In this document: positions 17,752 through 27,452 of the stretch, in pieces | Position numbering within the stretch: the stretch's first letter is position 1 | Layout: the number at the start of each line of letters is the position of its first letter | Origin: an uncultured Candidatus Saccharibacteria bacterium | Lineage (GTDB): Bacteria; Patescibacteriota; Minisyncoccia; Phycocordibacterales; SBAW01 | DNA: 64,000 nucleotides | Assembly (NCBI GenBank): GCA_964650645.1 | Contig: CAZYUH010000001.1 | Coordinates: 639,202-703,201 of the forward strand | Direction of reading: 5' to 3' | The notes under the pieces: generated by a model | Told to the model about the DNA's origin: nothing | Database searches by the model: none | The model's input: the letters and a program-made list of their open reading frames with translations, nothing else | Program-made: the position numbers and the translations under genes

Positions 17752-20595
17752 TTAGTGTGCGCGTGAGCGATACTTGCGGCGGACATGCCCTACCCCGGCG
17801 TAGCCCAGGTAGCCCAGACACCCGGCCAGCGTCAGCCCCGATACAATGAGCCCGAGGTAAAACCAGCGCTGGGGCCAGAATTCTATCACCATTTCAATGT
17901 CATAGCTCCCGCCGGGGTTTTGGGTACAGCCCGCCAGTTTTTGGACTTCGCACAGCTCTGTCGTGTCTACGTACCACCCGTTTAGGAAGCCATTGAGCTT
18001 GTAATGGTACTCGTCTCCTACCCTGTCGGGCTTGGCAAACGGCCACCAGCTATCCAATCGCCCTTGCACTTTGGCATTGTTGAGCTCTAAGTACCACTTG
18101 TCGTGATAACTCTCGCTCATGCCCAGGAAGAACGGCGTTGTTGCACCCCTTATGTACACCAGCTTCTTGGTCGGGCTTATAAGATCAAAGGTGGTGGATG
18201 CGGGTTGCACAAGCTGAGCATCCGGCTCGCTTACTAGATAATAAGAGCTGGATATATCCGGAATCTCGACAAGTTTGAAATTATCGTAACGGTTGATATT
18301 ATTAGTTTTTACGTCCGTCTCTTTTGCATATACATACAAACTGAGAGTTGTAGCCCCTGCAGGGACTTTTATGGTACGGGTTAAAGTATGCCAGGCAGTA
18401 TCGGTTAGCGGCAGATTCTCACTATCAGATGTCTTAACTGGGTCGTTAAAGCCAATGTAATAGGAAGCGGATTTTGCATTAGAACTTTGATAGTCGAAGC
18501 TCAATAAATATGTGCTAGTTGCATTAATAGGGAGTTCTATAGAGATGCAAGCAGTATGTCGAGTTGCCTCAAGTTGTAGAGATTGAACGCCGTCTGTCTT
18601 GTTATGGGCATCCAATTTCATTCCTAAAATAGGCTTTTGGTCATAATTATGACAATCCCCAACTGCTTGCTGCCAAAAACCTCTCTCAAAAGACCCATTG
18701 GTAATTAAATTTTTAAATGTGTAATTTTTATTTGTATAAGTAAATTGGTTATCGATACCATTTAATAAAGTAGTGCTCGAATATATGGGTTCATTATCAA
18801 TAGATAGTTTGTCGAAATTATTTAATGCGTAAAGTATATTTTTATTGGCAGAGTATATGGTTGTAGTAGCAGTAATACTCGAACTTGCGGTTGATATATT
18901 TTGAAAATTGACATTCTCAAATAACTGGTCAACATATGTTGCTGAAGAGGTGGCATTAGCTTTATTGAATAAGTAGAAATAAAAACCATTATGCAGTTGA
19001 TTGTTAACAAAATTATACTTTTCATCTAGATTATTTTTAGATTCAAAAGAATACAAATAATCAAATGTAAATATATTTCGTATCGATCTTATGTTTTTAA
19101 AAATAAACAAATTTGGATCTAGATACATATTGTTGACACGTGTCCAGTTACTATCTTTTGTGAGAGCGTTTATCTGATTCTCTGATACAGGAGTTGATAT
19201 ACAGGTTATTACGTAACCGGCACTATTTAGCAACGATAACGCATCTTGAATATTATCTTCTGATATATGTTTAACTTCTATATCTTTTGAAAGAAAATGC
19301 TGATTTAAAGTAAAAAATTTTATTTGATCAAGTTCATTACATATGCCGCCATCAACCCAAATAACCATGCTGTGGTTAGGTATATTGTTTAGTGATTGAA
19401 CTAGATCAGTATCAGGTAATTTGGGTATAAGTAATTTATTATAAATTTCAGTAAGCATGAATCCACACCAACCAAAAATTATTATAGTAAGAAAAGATAA
19501 TGATATAAATTTCAACGTTCTTGACATTCTCGAAATTCCCAAACCTAGAATTATTACTGCAAGTATGGGGATATATAATTGCCACTTAAGAGGTGATCTA
19601 AAGGCCCATCCACCCGGAAGATTATTTAGAATTGATAATATTATGTTTGAACCAAAGTTATTTAATGCCAACCAATATAAAAGTAGTAATATTCCTAGAA
19701 ATAATCTTGAAAAGAAACCTTCTATATTTTTATTATTAGAGTAAAAAAATGCAATTATAAGTAAAATCTGAAAAGAAAAACCAAAAATAACAAAAATAAT
19801 CTTATACCCTGAATTATAGTAATCATAATCAGTGAGAACATCTCTAGACCAAGTAAATGTATTAACCAAACTACCCGAGTTTGCAAACCCAATAAATGAA
19901 TCAGTATTTGAAGAGTTTGCATTTATCGTAGATACTATGGAAGCTTTATTTAAAGCTTGTGTTGAATAAATGCTCAATATAAGAAAGGCACTCAACATTC
20001 CACAAATTACTAATGCTTTTATGGCACTTATTATTAGTTCTTTTCTAAAAGGATTGCTGTAGAGCCGTGTTACAAAGAAAATTGTCGCTATAAAAGTATT
20101 TACGATGAAAGTAAACGGATGAATTAATGAAACGATTAATCCAAAATAAGCTAAAATAAAGTAACGAGGGCTTTTTGTCTGAATATATTTTTTTAAAAGT
20201 ATTATTACAAAAGGCAACATTGAGGCGCCTAAAATTAATCCTATTTTCGAAATATTTGCTAGAAATATCGGGTTAATAACATAAAATAAACTCAACAAAA
20301 AACGTGTATGAATATCTATTTTTTTAAAAAAAGATAATGCAAAATATGCAGAACATGCCGCAATCACAAGCGCTAGAAATAAGTATAAATAAGATACACC
20401 AAGGTTTCCAAGAATTGGATAAAATATAAGCAAAAAAAGCCTTATTGGTAGTCGAAAAACGCCATCCAAATTAATAGCTCCATTTTGGGAAGACCAAAGA
20501 TAGAATGTTTTTAGAAAATATATCCATGCTTCAAATGGAAACCCAAAATCACCGTTAGCTAGAAATCCTAAATTAAATATATTACCGAAGTACAT
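17752..20595 (-). CDS. large GT-C-like membrane protein with extracellular carbohydrate-binding-like domain
   Basis: N-terminal multi-TM region with FYVINP and AFRSPLKW (paralogous to 15204-16919); NLITNGSFE CBM-like domain; ESYHDKW...NGFLNGW...WPQRWF YfhO-like tail with C-terminal TM. Confidence 0.8.
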   Translation of the reverse strand: MYFGNIFNLGFLANGDFGFPFEAWIYFLKTFYLWSSQNGAINLDGVFRLPIRLFLLIFYPILGNLGVSYLYLFLALVIAACSAYFALSFFKKIDIHTRFLLSLFYVINPIFLANISKIGLILGASMLPFVIILLKKYIQTKSPRYFILAYFGLIVSLIHPFTFIVNTFIATIFFVTRLYSNPFRKELIISAIKALVICGMLSAFLILSIYSTQALNKASIVSTINANSSNTDSFIGFANSGSLVNTFTWSRDVLTDYDYYNSGYKIIFVIFGFSFQILLIIAFFYSNNKNIEGFFSRLFLGILLLLYWLALNNFGSNIILSILNNLPGGWAFRSPLKWQLYIPILAVIILGLGISRMSRTLKFISLSFLTIIIFGWCGFMLTEIYNKLLIPKLPDTDLVQSLNNIPNHSMVIWVDGGICNELDQIKFFTLNQHFLSKDIEVKHISEDNIQDALSLLNSAGYVITCISTPVSENQINALTKDSNWTRVNNMYLDPNLFIFKNIRSIRNIFTFDYLYSFESKNNLDEKYNFVNNQLHNGFYFYLFNKANATSSATYVDQLFENVNFQNISTASSSITATTTIYSANKNILYALNNFDKLSIDNEPIYSSTTLLNGIDNQFTYTNKNYTFKNLITNGSFERGFWQQAVGDCHNYDQKPILGMKLDAHNKTDGVQSLQLEATRHTACISIELPINATSTYLLSFDYQSSNAKSASYYIGFNDPVKTSDSENLPLTDTAWHTLTRTIKVPAGATTLSLYVYAKETDVKTNNINRYDNFKLVEIPDISSSYYLVSEPDAQLVQPASTTFDLISPTKKLVYIRGATTPFFLGMSESYHDKWYLELNNAKVQGRLDSWWPFAKPDRVGDEYHYKLNGFLNGWYVDTTELCEVQKLAGCTQNPGGSYDIEMVIEFWPQRWFYLGLIVSGLTLAGCLGYLGYAGVGHVRRKYRSRAH

Positions 20596-20597
20596 AC

Positions 20598-21665
20598 CTA
20601 TTTATTGTTAAAAGATATGAGGTTCTGAATATAAATTTTAGATATATCTAGGATCGCCTCATCCTTTTGACCCAGAGATTTCAAAAGCTGTGTACATTTA
20701 TTATCATAAGAAATAGGGATATATTTGACACCACTTAAGGCAGCTAGGAGCATCCCATGATACTGAGGCAAGATACAAACAAGACTTTCCTTATTGTTTC
20801 GTAAAAATAAATAAAAACTAATTGGATTGCCGCTAAAATTTTTTATTATAATTCGATCAGTATTTAATAAGTTTGCGTGTAATTTTTGGAACTCAAGCAC
20901 ATCTGAATACATACTATTTTTAAAACTTGGATGCAGAGCTAGAAGTAAAAAATTATCAGTGCTTTTATATTGAATAAACTTTTCAATTACTGCAACGTAA
21001 TTAGAAATTTCAGTTGTACTATTACCTCGATAACTAACAATATAATTAATTTGTTTAGGATCTATTGGAAACAGTGATTTAGCCTCGACCTTATAAGCTT
21101 CGAGGTTCAAATTATTTAACAAAAAGGCAATATCTTGAGTTAGAACAACTTTCCGTTTAAAACCTAAACCAGAAAATGAATAGTATGTTTCTTCATCTCT
21201 TGCATAAATTTTATTTGACGCAAGTCCAGAAATAAATGCACCGAAGTGGCCAATCATTCCTGTCGACTTATAATATCCAACGCCAATAAGATACACTTCT
21301 TTTCTAAGCACGAATCGCGCTGCAAGTAATAAAAAGGAAAGTATTAAAACTTTTAAATTGAAATCCAGCCCCCAGAGTCCACCTCCTCCGATTATAGTTC
21401 TTTTGCTTACAAATAAAGCCTTTAGGACTCCCATTATCGAAGGCTTAATCAAACGAGCTTCTTCAAACGAATGGTGAGAATCGGAATAAATTTCACTATT
21501 TAAATAAATAAATTGTGTATTTTTTATATTTCTTGATTTGAAATAATTTAGCAAAACTTCTAGAATTAGCTCATCTCCCATATTTCCACCACCATAAAAA
21601 CCAAACAAAAAAGAATTGGAAAAATCAAGCTTATCTAATTCTAATTTTAATTTTCTTGTTTCCAT
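20598..21665 (-). CDS. polysaccharide pyruvyl transferase family protein (CsaB/WcaK-like)
   Basis: GFYGGGNMGDELI, IIGGGGLW, ARDEET, YHGMLLA, ISYDNKC. Confidence 0.88.
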   Translation of the reverse strand: METRKLKLELDKLDFSNSFLFGFYGGGNMGDELILEVLLNYFKSRNIKNTQFIYLNSEIYSDSHHSFEEARLIKPSIMGVLKALFVSKRTIIGGGGLWGLDFNLKVLILSFLLLAARFVLRKEVYLIGVGYYKSTGMIGHFGAFISGLASNKIYARDEETYYSFSGLGFKRKVVLTQDIAFLLNNLNLEAYKVEAKSLFPIDPKQINYIVSYRGNSTTEISNYVAVIEKFIQYKSTDNFLLLALHPSFKNSMYSDVLEFQKLHANLLNTDRIIIKNFSGNPISFYLFLRNNKESLVCILPQYHGMLLAALSGVKYIPISYDNKCTQLLKSLGQKDEAILDISKIYIQNLISFNNK

Positions 21666-21666
21666 A

Positions 21667-22506
21667 TTAACAACTTACTCTTGCCCACAGTTTCGTTTTT
21701 TTTATAAAATTAAAAAAATAATTTTTTTGTTCCGCATTAATAAAACTGTCTAGTAAAAAAGAAAGCAAAGTATATGCATACATTCCAATCTTGTTGGGCG
21801 GCGAGTATTTTCTTAAATACTCCATCCGTGACTGAAACATTAATTTTGTTTTGATTTTAAAATACTGATCCGTACTATTTTTATGTTTTCTGTATTTATA
21901 TAAATATTCAGGCAAATTGGCTCCTTGTTTACCAGCCATTATAAATCTTAAAAACATATCTACATCTTCAATGTAATCTTTGTCATCACGATACGCTCCG
22001 ATTTCAAGAACATCACTTTTTCTAAACATTATTGTTGGATGAAGAAAAGGGTAATGAAAAAAATATAACTTAGATATAACATGTGGTTCAATTGGAAACT
22101 CAATGGAAGCAAGCTCTATATTGCTTTCATTAATAATAATCGCAAAAGTGCCAACAAGGGATAAGGCAGGATTCTTGGATAAATATAGATATTGTTTTTC
22201 GAGTCTGTCAGGTGTCGAGATATCGTCCCCATCCATACGCGCAATTATTTCACCCCTAGCTATACTTAGCCCTTTATTTAAATTTTTTGCGATTCCTATA
22301 CGTTCAGTATTTTTTATATATATAATTCGCGGGTCAAATAAATAACGTTTTATAATTTTTTCAGACTCATCAGTGGATGCATCATCAATAATAATGAATT
22401 CAAAATCAGAGTACGATTGATTCAAAATACTTTCAATTGATTCACGTAAAAAAGCCTCGGCATTTCTAAAAGGCATTACTACAGATATTTTAGGTTGTTT
22501 AGTCAT
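21667..22506 (-). CDS. glycosyltransferase family 2
   Basis: ISVVMPFRN, IIIDDASTD, ARMDGDD, HPTIMFRK, EDVD. Confidence 0.92.
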   Translation of the reverse strand: MTKQPKISVVMPFRNAEAFLRESIESILNQSYSDFEFIIIDDASTDESEKIIKRYLFDPRIIYIKNTERIGIAKNLNKGLSIARGEIIARMDGDDISTPDRLEKQYLYLSKNPALSLVGTFAIIINESNIELASIEFPIEPHVISKLYFFHYPFLHPTIMFRKSDVLEIGAYRDDKDYIEDVDMFLRFIMAGKQGANLPEYLYKYRKHKNSTDQYFKIKTKLMFQSRMEYLRKYSPPNKIGMYAYTLLSFLLDSFINAEQKNYFFNFIKKTKLWARVSC

Positions 22507-23326
22507 ATGATTTTGCAACTAGTATACCTATTCCACCAACTCCAAACTCACAAGTTTTCATAAAAAGCATGCCGACTCCAATGAAAAGATTTTTAAAAAG
22601 TTTAATCGGGCGCGAGAAGAAAAGGATGTAACGGTTAAAAATCCCCGCCGTTCTCTTGCTGGAATTGATAGCACCTTTGGAGTGGCAGAGATACGCCTTT
22701 GCCTGCTTGGCGTAATAATACTTTTTCTTAAGGGTTTTGCCGAGACTTATCTTCCCTTCGTTGTGATAAATTGCGTCGCTGATTCGCGCGATCTTCCCTA
22801 GCGCCTCTGCCCTGTCAGACAAGTCCCAGTCTTCGCCGGAAATCAGGGCTTCGTTATATCCCCCGACCTTATCAAAAGTTGCCTTGCTAAAGAATCGAGC
22901 GGCTTCAATGGCGTCTACCCCGACATAAAAGCTCCGCTCAAGCTTTTTGCACTGCGCCCAGAACCCCTCGCCAAACGACTCTTCGGGGATGATAATACCC
23001 GCCGCGTCCGCGCTTGAGGCCATTACCCGCACGCAGCTTCCGATAACGCTCTTGGAAACCACCATGTCGCTGTCAATAAACACGACATGCTCCCCTGACG
23101 CCTGCGCCGCGCCAAAATTGCGCTGTGCGCTGCGCTCTGGGCCTTTGGTGAATACCTTGTCCGTAAAGCGCCGCGCGATTGCCTGGGTGTCGTCGGCACT
23201 GCTGTTGTCTACCACGATTAGCTCGATGTTCTTGTATGACTGCTCCTTAATCGAGCGCAAGCACGCCTCTAAAAACTCCGCAGAGTTCTTTGTGGGCACG
23301 ATGACTGATACGAGCGGGTTAGGCAT
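22499..23326 (-). CDS. glycosyltransferase family 2
   Basis: VSVIVPTKNS, VVDNSSAD, GPERSAQRNFG, FIDSDM, GEDWDL. Start at MPNPLVS. Confidence 0.92.
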   Translation of the reverse strand: MPNPLVSVIVPTKNSAEFLEACLRSIKEQSYKNIELIVVDNSSADDTQAIARRFTDKVFTKGPERSAQRNFGAAQASGEHVVFIDSDMVVSKSVIGSCVRVMASSADAAGIIIPEESFGEGFWAQCKKLERSFYVGVDAIEAARFFSKATFDKVGGYNEALISGEDWDLSDRAEALGKIARISDAIYHNEGKISLGKTLKKKYYYAKQAKAYLCHSKGAINSSKRTAGIFNRYILFFSRPIKLFKNLFIGVGMLFMKTCEFGVGGIGILVAKSYD

Positions 23327-24425
23327 GGGCAAGAATGTCTTTGAACTGCGCGTAGCTTTTCTCGAAAGTAATGCCCTTGCTCCACTCCCAGGCGGCATGG
23401 CGCATGTGCTCGTAGCGCGGCTGGTCTTGTAGGAGCGCGGCCATGGACTCTGCCAGCGCCTCGGGGGTGTTTTTGGCGGTTACAAGCCCCGTGACGCCGT
23501 TTTGCACGCTGTCGCGCAGGCCGTCGCAATTATACACAACCGCCGGGGTGCCCTGGCTGTTTGCTTCGGTCACGACAAGCCCCCACCCTTCCTTGACTGA
23601 CGCGACCGGCAAGATATGCGACTTTTGGAGCAATTCTACTTTTTTATCTCCGCTTACCTTCCCCAGGCACTCGATGCTGTCTTTGTAGGGCGATTGCTGT
23701 ATGTGCCGGGCGACGCGCGCGGCGTATGCGCCGTCGCCTGCGCCCGCGATAATGAGCCTTGCAGTAGGCACCGAGCGCTTGAGCATCTCGAAGGCCCGCA
23801 CGATATGCGCGGTGCGCTTCATGGGCCGTATCGCGCCCAGCGCGAGGATGGTCGGGTGGGGATACTTTTGTATGCTAAGGCTTGCGACCGGCGTGAGCTC
23901 TATCCCTTCGCTTATGATGCTGATGTGCTCGGGCTTAAAGCCGTGGCGCATGAGGTCTTTTTTGGTGCTTTCTGATACGGTAACGACTTCCTGCCCGCCG
24001 AGCGCCAGCACGCGCAGGTAGAGGGGCTCCAGCAGGTAGCCAACAAGCGACGCCGGAGCCCATAGCTGATAGAACCATATTTCCCTGCATAATTGATGAA
24101 CGAACAGAATAACCCTTTGTTTTGCGTATAGTTTGGCGAAAAACGGGATGGTGTTTACCTCGTCTATGACGACATCGGGCCAGCCCTGCAGGTGCTTTTT
24201 GTAGTAGCGGTACGCCCGCCAGTACACGCTGTAGCGCCCGCCGAGCCTGATTATAGTGAAGCCGTTGCGCTCTTCCCTTTCAGCGCTGCCCTCGAATCCG
24301 CCCACTATGAAGCGCACCTCGTGGCTGTCTTTGGCAAGGCGCTTTGCCAGCTCCTCGTTGACCACCTCGGCGCCGCCCGCCAGTGGATGGCGCATGTCTT
24401 TCCATGTCAGCCAGAGTATCTTCAT
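23319..24425 (-). CDS. glycosyltransferase family 4 (GT-B)
   Basis: MKILWLTWKD..HPLAGGAE; EGWGLVVTEA (EX7E); GLRDSV. Confidence 0.92.
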   Translation of the reverse strand: MKILWLTWKDMRHPLAGGAEVVNEELAKRLAKDSHEVRFIVGGFEGSAEREERNGFTIIRLGGRYSVYWRAYRYYKKHLQGWPDVVIDEVNTIPFFAKLYAKQRVILFVHQLCREIWFYQLWAPASLVGYLLEPLYLRVLALGGQEVVTVSESTKKDLMRHGFKPEHISIISEGIELTPVASLSIQKYPHPTILALGAIRPMKRTAHIVRAFEMLKRSVPTARLIIAGAGDGAYAARVARHIQQSPYKDSIECLGKVSGDKKVELLQKSHILPVASVKEGWGLVVTEANSQGTPAVVYNCDGLRDSVQNGVTGLVTAKNTPEALAESMAALLQDQPRYEHMRHAAWEWSKGITFEKSYAQFKDILAHA

Positions 24426-25372
24426 GAGTCGCGCTTGATGGTGCGGCGCACGATGTAGAGCGGCCGGGCGGCCACCTCGGTGCGTATAGAGCCCACGTAG
24501 AGGCCTATGATGCCCTGCGCGGCGAGCACGATGCCCACCAAGAATACGATGAGCACCGCGAGCTGGGCCGAGCCCGAAACGTGCCAATTGAGCGCGTCGT
24601 TGAGCATGTACCGCTCGACCAGTATGACCGCCCCAAGGACGCCGCTGAGCGCGCTTATGGTAACGCCCAGGTACCCGGCAAGCCTAAGCGGCAGGAGCGT
24701 GTGCGACAGCAGGGAGCTTATGGCGAGGCGCACCAGCTTTATGGCGGAGTACTGCGCCTGGCCGCGCGCGCGGGCGGGCGCCACGAACGGCACCGACGCG
24801 CGTCGGAAGCCCAGCCAGTTGATGAGCGAGCGCGTCATGCGCTCGCGCTCGTGGAAGGCGCAGTAGGCCCGCACCACCGCGCGGTCGAGCAGGCGGAAAT
24901 CGGTGTCGCCGTGGCTGAAGTCGGTGTCCGATATGCGCGCCATAAGGCGGTAAAACAGCAAGGAGCCCCACTTCTTTATGAAGCCCTCGCCCGTGTTGCC
25001 CGTGCGGGTGCCCACGACGACCTCGGCGCCCTTTTCCCACTCGCGCACCATGCCCGGGATGAGCTGCGGCGGATGCTGGAGGTCGGCGTCCATGAGGATG
25101 ACCGCGTCGCCTTTTGCGGCGCACAGCCCGGCGGTGGTGGCCATTTCCTTGCCGAAGTTGCGGCTGAACTCGATGCAGGACACCGCGGGGTCGCTCTGCA
25201 CGAGGCGCTCTATGGCGGCCACCGTGGCATCGGTACTGCCGTCGTCTATAAAGATGACGGAGCGGGCGTAGCCCGCGAGCTCTTTCTCCCACACGGCGCA
25301 CAGCGCGGCGTGCACCAGCGGGACGTTCTCTTCTTCGTTATGGACGGGTATTAGTACGGTGAGTGCCTTCAT
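24422..25372 (-). CDS. polyprenol-phosphate glycosyltransferase (GT2, GtrB/ArnC/DPM1-like)
   Basis: IPVHNEEEN, IDDGSTD, FSRNFGKE, MDADLQHPP, DFRLLDR, 2 C-terminal TMs, RPLYIV. Confidence 0.92.
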   Translation of the reverse strand: MKALTVLIPVHNEEENVPLVHAALCAVWEKELAGYARSVIFIDDGSTDATVAAIERLVQSDPAVSCIEFSRNFGKEMATTAGLCAAKGDAVILMDADLQHPPQLIPGMVREWEKGAEVVVGTRTGNTGEGFIKKWGSLLFYRLMARISDTDFSHGDTDFRLLDRAVVRAYCAFHERERMTRSLINWLGFRRASVPFVAPARARGQAQYSAIKLVRLAISSLLSHTLLPLRLAGYLGVTISALSGVLGAVILVERYMLNDALNWHVSGSAQLAVLIVFLVGIVLAAQGIIGLYVGSIRTEVAARPLYIVRRTIKRDS

Positions 25373-26682
25373 GTCAGTGCGGCGGGCGCTGGAGCGGGAG
25401 CCGTGCGGCAAAACAGCAGGTAATTGAGCGCCATGAGCGCCAGGAGCAGCGCCGAGGACGCCGCGAGCATGCCCGTGACGGCCCCGAGCGTCGCGTGATT
25501 GAGCGCGATGAGCCCGACTTCCGCGGCGATGCCCGCCGCGAGGAAGTACAGGAAGGAAGTATTGCGCGCCGCAACGAAATAATTGATGAAGGCGGTCGAG
25601 AGCGCTATGCAGCCCATGGCAATCCCGAACAGTCCCAGGTGCGGGGCCACCCCCAGGTAGCGCGCCCCGAAGAGCGCCGAGAGCACGAGCCCGGGTACCA
25701 GCGAGAACAGCCCGACTGCGGCGGCAGAGGCGGCAAGGATAGCCGCGAGCGAGAGGCCCAAAATGCGCCGCCCGCCGCCCTTTGCGCCCGCCTCGGCGGC
25801 CGACGCCAGCGGGAGCAGGACGGTGATGAACGCGCCCACGCCGTAGACGAGGATCTTGCCGATGGTCGAGAGCGCGCCGTACTCGCCAGCCGCCTCGGCA
25901 GAGAGGTAGTGCTTGGCCAGCAGTACGTCAATGTTGGAAAGGAGCGCCATGAGGAGCGTGGTGGCGAGAATGGTCATGAACAGGGCCTTAAGCGGGCCGA
26001 GCGCGAAGGGCTCCGCCTGCGGCGCGGCGTGCCTTTTGAATATCTTGCGCGTCGCCAGGTAGCCGTAGCCCCACGAGGCAAGCGAGGCCGCCACCAGCCC
26101 CAGCATGACGCCCGCAACCGAGAACCCGGCGTACACGAGCGCCACCGAGAGCGCGAGCTTTAATACGGCGCTGAGCGCGTTCTGCTTGGCGAGCAGGAAG
26201 AACTCCTGCAGCCCCTGCAGGGTGCCCGACTGGAGCGAGCTTGCGAGCGCGACCGGGATGAGCAGGCTGAATATGATGAGCGGGACGACTTCGAGCCGCA
26301 GGAAGCCCGCGAGCGCGGGCACGAGGCACACGAACGCCGCCCACAGCGCGAGCGAGGCGGCAAGCGCGTTCTTCCTTAGGTGCACGAACAGCGCGCGCAC
26401 CGCGCCCGGGCCTTCCGCCCCGCGAAAGGCGGCCTCGCGGGTCATGAGCATGGTAAGCGCCGTTGCCGGCACCGAAACAATAAGCATGAGGCTGAAGAGC
26501 GCGGTCACCTCGCCGAACTCTGCCACGCCCAGCATGCGGCTTATGACGATGGTGAAGACGTAGTTGAGCGCGTTAACCACGAACGAGCCCGCGAAGATTA
26601 CCGAGCTTGAGAAGAAGAACCCGGTATCGGCATAGTGCCGCGCAAGCGCAAGGAGCCTCGCCTTTGAAGGGTTCGCGCCCAT
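25369..26682 (-). CDS. oligosaccharide flippase (Wzx/MOP family)
   Basis: About 12 TMs; ISRMLGVAEFG, SNIDVLLAKHYLSAEAAGEY. Confidence 0.88.
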   Translation of the reverse strand: MGANPSKARLLALARHYADTGFFFSSSVIFAGSFVVNALNYVFTIVISRMLGVAEFGEVTALFSLMLIVSVPATALTMLMTREAAFRGAEGPGAVRALFVHLRKNALAASLALWAAFVCLVPALAGFLRLEVVPLIIFSLLIPVALASSLQSGTLQGLQEFFLLAKQNALSAVLKLALSVALVYAGFSVAGVMLGLVAASLASWGYGYLATRKIFKRHAAPQAEPFALGPLKALFMTILATTLLMALLSNIDVLLAKHYLSAEAAGEYGALSTIGKILVYGVGAFITVLLPLASAAEAGAKGGGRRILGLSLAAILAASAAAVGLFSLVPGLVLSALFGARYLGVAPHLGLFGIAMGCIALSTAFINYFVAARNTSFLYFLAAGIAAEVGLIALNHATLGAVTGMLAASSALLLALMALNYLLFCRTAPAPAPAALT

Positions 26683-26812
26683 GTGGGGCTAATTTTCGCA
26701 CAGGTTGGCCTGTTGTGCCATGCCCCGCCCGGGCGGCAGATACGGGCCCTTCCGTGCGAAAGGGCCCGCGCAAGATGCGCGCCGAGGCGTCAGGAAACGG
26801 CCTGAAATAAGG

Positions 26813-27427
26813 CTATTCCCCGAGCTTGCCGAGCCAAGCGGCCTTGCGGCGCCACTCGTTCTTCTTCCATTCGGGGGCCTGGTCGGTGGGGCCCATGTGC
26901 GAGAGGCGCACCTTGAACCCCGCAAACCAGAGGATGGCGCGCTTTATCTCGTTGGTGTAGTCGCCGAACGCGAGCCTGACGAGGTACGGATGCGTGCCCG
27001 ACACGACGATGACGCGGGCGGTCTTGCCCTTGAGCCGCTTGTACCAGCCCGTGGCGGGCGTCCCCTGCGCGGTCTTCCTCATGTTGAATGCGAAGCCCGG
27101 CAGCCACACGCGGTCGAAGAGCCCCTTGAGGAGCGCGGGCATGGAGGACCACCACAGCGGGTACACGATGAGGAAATGGTCGCACCAGCGGACGTTCTCC
27201 TGGAACTTCAAGAGGTCGGGCTCGAGCGCCTGTATTTCCTTGTAGCCCTTGTGGAGGATGGGGTCGAACCTCACCTCGCCGAGGTTCATGCGGCGCACCT
27301 CGTGGCCGGCTTCCTTGGCAGCCGTCTCGTACAGGAGTGCGAGCTCGCCCGAGAGCGTGTGCGACGTGTCGGGGTGGCCCAGAAGTATGAATATCTTCTT
27401 GTGCGGATGGTCTGAAAAGAATCCCAT
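26813..27427 (-). CDS. NAD(P)H dehydrogenase (quinone), flavodoxin-2 fold
   Basis: ILLGHPD, YPLWWSSMPALLKGLFDRVWLPGFAF, LKGKTARVI. Confidence 0.9.
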   Translation of the reverse strand: MGFFSDHPHKKIFILLGHPDTSHTLSGELALLYETAAKEAGHEVRRMNLGEVRFDPILHKGYKEIQALEPDLLKFQENVRWCDHFLIVYPLWWSSMPALLKGLFDRVWLPGFAFNMRKTAQGTPATGWYKRLKGKTARVIVVSGTHPYLVRLAFGDYTNEIKRAILWFAGFKVRLSHMGPTDQAPEWKKNEWRRKAAWLGKLGE

Positions 27428-27452
27428 GTCTCTTTATTATCAGTATATACCG

